From positions 1,730,205 through 1,794,204 of the forward strand of contig CAXXKM010000003.1 of NCBI GenBank assembly GCA_963664435.2: a DNA stretch of 64,000 nt. The letters are read 5' to 3'. Positions 57,863 to 64,000 of the stretch are shown piece by piece; position 1 is the first letter of the stretch, and each line of letters opens with the position of its first letter. The position numbers were made by a program, and so were the translations under genes. The DNA comes from Longimicrobiales bacterium. GTDB taxonomy: Bacteria > Gemmatimonadota > Gemmatimonadetes > Longimicrobiales > Gaopeijiaceae. Under the pieces are notes generated by a model. That model was not told the origin of the DNA. It saw nothing but the letters and a program-made list of their open reading frames with translations, and ran no database searches.

Positions 57863-57920
57863 GTTCGCCGAAGGCCGGAACCGACTCAATACCCGCCGGA
57901 CGGGCCCAACCGGCCCGTCC
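57750..57920 (+). ncRNA. Putative omegaRNA/guide RNA overlapping the tnpB-like 3' end
   Basis: gtgaagcgcgaatc (SVKRES, resembling the typical TnpB SxKQE tail), ggaaccg end, 14 unique nt, then a 9-bp hairpin. Boundaries are approximate. Confidence 0.45.
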
Positions 57921-58403
57921 CGCGCGACCACCACCACGACGAGGAGGCACCCACCAGCCCCGGCTCACGCAACCTGCGCGGCGCGGCTCTCGAAGTTTCC
58001 CGCCGGCCGGGTGGCGCGGTTACCGAACGTTCACGGATCCACCGTGGACACCAAAGTGCGGCGCCCGTCAGCCACGCAGTCAGCGACCCGCAGGGTGATC
58101 GACCCGCCGCCCTCCGACGGTCCCATCTCGCACGCGCCCCGGAGTGGCAACGTCGCTGGACGCGGGCAGGAGCATACGACCGGCTCCGGTTGGCCCCGGC
58201 GGATCGATACGGCAGAGAGGTTTGGGCGCGCTACGCGTGGTTCCGACGACGTGCCGAACCTGATCACTCGATCCGGTCGTCTGTTTCCTTCTCCCACCGG
58301 CCCTTGTCCCGGCGGCGCCGCCGTTGTTTCCGTGGCTTGCGCGACGGACGTTGCCCCACCCTCCGCTTCGGCGGCTTCCGTCCCTTGGGTGGGCGCCACT
58401 TCT

Positions 58404-58759
58404 TCACGCCGTCTTCCCGGCGGAGGCTCCGCGCCGACCCGCCTTCTCCAAGCAGCGGACGACCGACGTGGCCACGGTCTCGGCGTACCCGGCGTCCGGA
58501 GCTGTCCGTGCGTGCCTGAACCAGAGTTCTGCCGGGGTCTTCATGCCGCTCCTGGCCTGCCGCGCTGCCGCGCCAAGACCACGTCCAGGGATTCCAGCGC
58601 GGCACCGTGGTCCTGGTTTTGGACCAGCCGATCGGCACGCACGACGTTGCGGTCGTTTCGGATGTCGGGGGGGAGTTCCTCGCCTGCCGCCACCGTTGGT
58701 CCCGCTACAATGGCAAGACCCAACGCCGTCCCGGCCATCCACGAATTCGATCTGCTCAT
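58404..58759 (-). pseudogene. Frameshifted remnant of a secreted helical (TPR-like) protein
   Basis: Signal peptide plus ELPPDIRNDRNVVRADRLV..GAALESLD in one frame, continuing TPAELWFRHAR..VVRCLEKAGRRG in another. Confidence 0.55.
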
Positions 58760-58819
58760 GATTGCCGTCTCCCCGTCCCCTGGGTCGTGCAGCGCGGCCA
58801 CAATGCACCGGGGCCGTTG

Positions 58820-59065
58820 GGGTTGTCAACTTCGGCGGCTTCCCGCGGGCCACGAACGCCTCGTACTCGTGCTTCAGGACGGGATTGTGCCGAACCAAGG
58901 CCATCGCGCGCAATGCAAAGCAGCCGGCGCACCCGATGCCTGCCGCCCTGGATGAAGCTCCGTCCCCTTCAGTTTCCGGACTCCCGGGCTGACCGGGGCG
59001 AGTCCGGCGAGGCTGGCGGCACGCGGCCGGTGAGCATGCCCGGTTCTGTGATGTCGGCATCGACC
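58820..59065 (-). pseudogene. IS110 family transposase C-terminal remnant
   Basis: Fragments across frames: ASLAGLAPV, RESGN*RGRSFIQGGRHRVRRLL and VRHNPVLKHEYEAFVARGKPPKL. Confidence 0.7.
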
Positions 59066-59088
59066 GCAGGGCGAGCGTGTACAGCGAA

Positions 59089-59304
59089 TTACTTGTACCG
59101 ATACGTGATGCGGCCCTTCGACAGATCGTAGGGGGACATCTCGCATCTCACCCGGTCGCCCTCCAACACCCGGATGTAGTGCTGGCGCATCTTGCCGGAG
59201 AGATATGTGTGGATCTCGTGGCCGTTCTCCAGCCGGACCCGAAAGGTGGCGTTGGGCAGGACTTCGATGACCGCCCCTTCGATTTCGATCGCCTGTTTCG
59301 CCAT
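59089..59304 (-). CDS. infA: Translation initiation factor IF-1
   Basis: [69 protein letters not shown]. Confidence 0.95.
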   Translation of the reverse strand: MAKQAIEIEGAVIEVLPNATFRVRLENGHEIHTYLSGKMRQHYIRVLEGDRVRCEMSPYDLSKGRITYRYK

Positions 59305-60637
59305 GAACGGCCCTCCTTATCGTGGCCGAGGAGGCGCCACGTCCGTCCAACCTCCGGGACGCGATGCCGTCGCGCAAGCGGCGCGGGGCCGACCGGCGGG
59401 CTGCGGAGAGGGCGGGGAGGAGGCACGGCCCGGGGGGTGGACGATGCGCGAGCAGTGCTCGGCGGGGGCAGCGGCTCAGCAAGTATGTGAACGGGATGGG
59501 GCAGATGAGAGGGTGCCGCTCAAGTATGTGCCCACGCGAAGGCTGCCCACTTCCTGGTCTCTCCCAGCGCCAGACGTTTGCTCCGCGAGACAAGTCACGA
59601 AGCGTTCCCGCCTGATGGCCGACAGTGCGGGAGTCAAGCGACCGGCACGAAGGCGATTCGTGGAAAAATGGGGTCAACGGCGTGGGAAACCTCCGCTGCG
59701 TTGTTGAAAAACGATCCGTGATTCGTCGTTCGCCTCGCGGAGGTCAGGCGGAGATCCCGCTCGTGACGTCACCAGCGCACGGCGAGGACCGAGGAAACAT
59801 TGGCGCGCCAAGCCCATAGGGGATCGGTGCCGACCTTCCAAGTCGCCATGCGAAAGACCGGATATCCCGCCAGCACGGTTGCATCGTCCTCGCTGGCCGG
59901 ATCCGCCTCCGGCCCCTCCAGGAGGGGAGGAACCCGTCCCCGTCCCCGACGCTCTGGAGGACTACTGTAGTGCCGTGCGGGATGCCTTCAAGGACGTTCC
60001 GGGGCTCGCGGGTCACTCGAATCCGCGTGCGGTTCATTCAGTGCGCGTCGGGCATCGCGACCGTGAGCGGTGACGACCGCTCGTTGGCGGGTTCGCTCAC
60101 GCGCGGCTGCGACTTCTTCTTCGGTGGACCCGCAGCATCGCGCCGCAATATGAACCCCGCGTGAGGGCTGCCAAAGACATGGTGCGCAATTCGGAACGGA
60201 CGAAGTAGGGATGCGATTGTGTCGACGCGGTCAATCGAGCCGCCTTCCAGAGCTACGCCGAGTCTCCCCTCTTCCCCTGTCAACTCGAGGGCTCGGCGCG
60301 CGCCCGCGCTCGATGGTGCTCGAACTCGCATCCGCGCCGATGAAGGGTGCAAGTGATCGCCCCGCACTCGCGGCAGCGGCCCGTCGCGTCATTCCGGCAG
60401 AAGCGCGTCCCGCTGCCATCTCTTGCGCGGCACATCCTCGCGGCAACGCGGGCACACAGCGCGCTCAGCGCCGCCGGCGTCCGGAATTGCCGAAGACCTC
60501 CGTGGTTGGACCTCCGCAGTCGGCGCACTGCACGGCCTCGGCCTGGACATGGCAATAGCTCACGTCGCGGAACTCGTCATTCGTCCCGATCGCGCATCCT
60601 GGCCAAATGGTCGATCATCAGGATAGGAGAACCTCGA

Positions 60638-60985
60638 CTACTGCGAACTGACGAAGTGCGCGCCGATCGCGTCGACCGCGGCTTGTAGAGCGCCGAGCTG
60701 TTTGTGGACCTCGGTGTCCAATCCGTCGACCCTCTTGCCGAGGCGGTCCTCCAGCCCGTCGAGCGAGTATCGAATCTGCTTGAACTTGGCTGACACCATT
60801 TCAATCCTGCTCCCGAGCTCGACGTTCCCTTTGTGCGCGTGCGCCTCCACGTCGTCGATCCGCGAGCCGAGCTTCGATTCCAATGCGGAGATCCGTCCGT
60901 TCAGTTGATCGAACCCGGTGACGACGCGACGCTCAAGCTTGACCAGCGCGACACCCAGCTCCTGAATCGCGAAACTGTCCTTCAT
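60638..60985 (-). CDS. 115-aa coiled-coil hypothetical protein (right, inverted copy)
   Basis: About 27 substitutions versus 46303-46650 by manual count. Confidence 0.75.
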   Translation of the reverse strand: MKDSFAIQELGVALVKLERRVVTGFDQLNGRISALESKLGSRIDDVEAHAHKGNVELGSRIEMVSAKFKQIRYSLDGLEDRLGKRVDGLDTEVHKQLGALQAAVDAIGAHFVSSQ

Positions 60986-61229
60986 TGTTTATCTCGCTCT
61001 TTCGTCCCGCATGCGCATTGACCGCCCCTACACGGTCCCCGTCCGTCAAGGGAAACCATGGCATCCAGCGGGTCAACCAAGGCGCTCGCGCCTCGATTCG
61101 ATGCTCACCCGGATGATCCGTTCCGCCGCCATGGCGCTGATTGCCTTCCATGTGTGATCACCGTCCCTGGGAATCGGTCGGGACGCCATGGGCGCGCCGC
61201 ATCCTAGACCTCCCACCACCGTCGCCGGT

Positions 61230-61410
61230 CTACGATCCTCCGGTCGTGCGATGCTGTGCGATCAACCGCGTAAGTTGGGCGCGGGAGAACCCGGTGCCCC
61301 GTTGGAGCAGTGCCTTGATCTTCGACTTCTCTTTCTTGCGGAGACCGTGGTAGCCGGTTCGGTCCAGCACCTTCGCAATGAACATGTAGCGCGCTCCCCT
61401 GGTCTTTGTG
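61230..61410 (-). pseudogene. N-terminal fragment of an integrase-core (ISNCY/IS1202-like) transposase
   Basis: RYMFIAKVL..GYHGLRKKEKSKIK..LQRGTGFSRAQLTRLIAQHRTTG followed by a stop. Confidence 0.5.
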
Positions 61411-61989
61411 TTCACGCTTCCTCCCCGTCGGTCTGCCGAGATCTCTTCGCCTCCAAAGTGGAGGGCCTCAGAGAGTCCTTCTGGTGCTACCGCCACCAAG
61501 AGCAAGAACCGCACCAGCGTCAAACGCGACTGGGACGGATGCTGCGCGCAAGGATCACGCCACCCCGGCGAGTGGGTGCTCTCATCCGCGGGCTCGAGGA
61601 TGAGCCGGGCGAGGGCCTTCCACTCCGGCCTGGTGACCGCGCTGTACGCCAGGGGTCTGAATTCGGGACCCTTGACCGCTCTCTTGTGGCGAACGCCGGG
61701 CGAGCGCGTCGCCTCATCCCTGCGTTAACCCTAGGCCCGTCGGACCTCCGCCTGCGGCCCAGAAAGGTCGACAGCGTATGCGCGTTTCGGCACCGGCGTT
61801 CCGGGACGCGACACCCGGTGGTCAAGAATCGAAGTAGCCGCCGTTCGGATGCTCGCCATTTGTTTGCCATTTTCCGGCTTTTTCGGTACGCTGAAGCAGA
61901 TGTGGTGTCTCGGCAAGAAGCGCAGATCGTGCAGTCCTGATTGAACTTAGACGATTTATTGCCGCGAATCACCCGGCCCCAGAGTTCCT

Positions 61990-62031
61990 CTTACAAGCAG
62001 GAGGTCGGCGGTTCGAATCCGTCAGCGCCCA
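61990..62031 (+). tRNA. 3' fragment of tRNA-Val(TAC), probable att site; not an intact tRNA
   Basis: CTTACAA loop, gcaggaggtc, T-arm ggcgg-TTCGAAT-ccgtc and acceptor agcgccca. The 5' half and the 5' anticodon-stem strand are missing. Confidence 0.8.
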
Positions 62032-62145
62032 TGGCCGGGGGGGGCACGAGGTTCCGCAATCGCTCCATTCCGTGTATCCTGTCTTGTCGTTCCGTCGGAT
62101 GGGGCAGTCCGTGGAGTCTCGTGCACCCACAACGCAGGAGATGTA

Positions 62146-62439
62146 ATGAACAAGAAGGAAATGGCGGCCGCTCTCGCGCAGCAGGCCAACCTCTCCAGGC
62201 GAAGGCAGCCGATGTCCTCAACTGCATCTTCGACACAAGTGCCGGATCGGGCATTATCGCCGGCGAACTCGACGCGGGGGGCAAGGTGACGGTCCCCGGC
62301 TTCGGCAGCTTCGGCGTCAAGTCGCGTGCGGCGCGTATCGGACCAACCGGCGACCGGCGAAAAGATCACCATCGCGGCGAAGAAGTACGCGTACTTCAAG
62401 CCCGGAAAGCCGTTGCGGGACCGCATCGCAGGGGGATAG
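62146..62439 (+). CDS. hup: HU DNA-binding protein (frameshifted in this assembly)
   Basis: MNKKEMAAALAQQANLS / QAKAADVL..KVTVPGFGSFGVKSRAARIG / PATGEKITIAAKKYAYFKPGKPLRD; needs 2-3 single-base corrections. Confidence 0.85.
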
Positions 62440-62615
62440 ATCCTCGAACGCAGCTGTACGCAGTACGGAGAGCATTCCGGCGCGCCCGGGCGTGGCCGGG
62501 CCGCGGGGCCCGCGATTCCGGCCGACCCGTGCCCAGGTGGCCTGATCCATAACCCGCCGGCGCGCCGGATGCTCACTCCCACTCCTCAACGCTCAGGACC
62601 CTGGTCGACCGAAAC

Positions 62616-64000
62616 GTGAATCCTCCGCCCCCTCGCGGTCGAGTCCGCGGGCGATTCGCGCGCCAACGAGCCGCCGGCGAGCGGGGTCACCCGCTGGGCC
62701 AAGGTCATCGACCATTCCCGGTGCATCGGCTGTCATGCCTGCACCACCGCCTGCAAGTCCGAAAACGAAGTCCCGCTGGGCGTTACCCGCACCTACGTCA
62801 AGTACGTCGATGCCGGCGAGTTCCCGCGGACCCGCCGGGCCTTCCAGGTAACCCGGTGCAACCAGTGCGAGGACGCGCCGTGCGTGACGGCCTGTCCCAC
62901 CTCGGCCATGTACCGCCGGTCCGACGGGATCGTGGACTTCGACAAGGAGGCGTGCATCGGCTGCAAGGCCTGCATCGCCGCCTGCCCCTACGACGCCTCT
63001 TCATCAACCCCGAAGACCATTCCGCGGAGAAGTGCAACTTCTGCGCGCACCGGCTGGACATGGGGCTCGAGCCGGCTTGCGTCGTGGTGTGTCCCACGGA
63101 AGCGATTCTGGTCGGGGACCTGGGCGATCCGCTTGCCAAGGTGACCCGGATGGTGCACGAGGACGCGCTCACGGTCCGGCGCCCCGAGAAGGAGACCCGC
63201 CCGAAGCTCTTCTACAAGGACGCGCGCCAGGTGACTCTGGACCGCTGGCGGCGGCACGGCCCGAGGGGGGGCTCTTCATGTGGAGCGAGCAGGGAAGCGG
63301 GGCCGACCAGGTGACATCGGGCCACCCGGGCCGGAGCAACTCCTCCGCGGGCGCGATCCTGAGCTACGACGTGCCCCACAGCGCTCCCTGGGACGCGCGC
63401 GTCAGCCTCTACACCTGGACGAAGTCGATCGCCGCCGGAGCCTATCTGGCGCCCCTGCTGCTGATCCTCTTCGGGGCGCTCTCGTGACGGACCCGCTCTG
63501 GCTCTTCGGCGCCCCGCTGCTGGCGATGGTGTTCCTGGTGCTGACCACGGGCCTTCTGATCTGGGACCTGGAGCATCCCGGCCGCTTTCACTACATCCTC
63601 CTGCGGCCGCAGTGGCGAAGTTGGCTGGTGCGCGGGGGCGTGGTGCTGACGGGCTTCGGGGCCGTGCTGGCGGCCCATCTGGGGGCGGCCTGGGCGGAGC
63701 CCCCGGGATCGCCCGCGTGCTGGCCCTGGCCGGAGGACCGCTGGCCGCGATGACGGCGGTGTATACGGCCTACCTGTTCGCCCAGGCGAAAGCCCGCGAC
63801 CTGTGGCAGAATCCCCTGCTTCCGCCCCACTTCCTGGTCCAGGCGCTGCTCGCGGGAGCGGCCGCCGTCCATCCTCTGGCGGCGCCGGGGCAGCGTCCGT
63901 TGCTGGCGGGAGCCTTCGCGGCCCTCACCGCCGCCCACCTCCTGCTGGTCCTGGGCGAGATCACCATCACGCACGGCACCGCGCACGCGCACCTGGCCGT
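62616..64000 (+). CDS. NrfC/DmsB-like 4x[4Fe-4S] protein fused to an NrfD/PsrC-like membrane domain (frameshifted, runs off the window)
   Basis: CIGCHACTTAC, CNQCEDAPCVTACP, CIGCKACIAACP and KCNFC..PACVVVCP motifs; YTWTKSIAAG, DLEHPGRF..RPQWRSWLVRG and YTAYLFAQAKARDLW in shifting frames. Confidence 0.8.

Noticed and set aside
59320..60620. Short ORFs and a caagtatgtg direct repeat upstream of infA
   Set aside because: No recognisable product or structure; probably decayed island DNA.

Overview
A high-GC bacterial window. Gene content suggests Gemmatimonadota, possibly host-associated; this is inference, with no marker gene seen. About 1-45.7 kb is mostly core or metabolic: an aldehyde dehydrogenase, a Tat-exported xanthine-dehydrogenase-family molybdoenzyme operon with a cytochrome b, three peptidases (S46, M16, tricorn S41), a PLP class-V enzyme, a VWA protein, AlkA, a sterol-desaturase-family protein, AddAB plus an MBL hydrolase, higBA, a ba3-type oxidase (cbaDBA), a TonB-dependent receptor, an MFS transporter, soxCD and BNR/YVTN propeller proteins. 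Small coiled-coil genes are interspersed among these. About 46.2-62.0 kb is an accessory island. It is bracketed by an inverted pair of paralogous coiled-coil genes and ends at a 3' tRNA-Val(TAC) fragment. It carries a P4-like integrase next to a 5'-truncated Ig-repeat surface-protein gene, an FN3-repeat autotransporter, an orphan infA and IS remnants. The best novelty candidate lies 16 bp downstream of the autotransporter: an intact but apparently nuclease-dead TnpB derivative that keeps an omegaRNA-like tail, a putative short guide and a hairpin. It looks like a TldR-like RNA-guided regulator in a surface-adhesin context. The last 2 kb (HU, NrfC/NrfD-like) has several single-base frameshifts, probably sequencing errors. 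All calls are by eye, from motifs and alignment to remembered family consensus.
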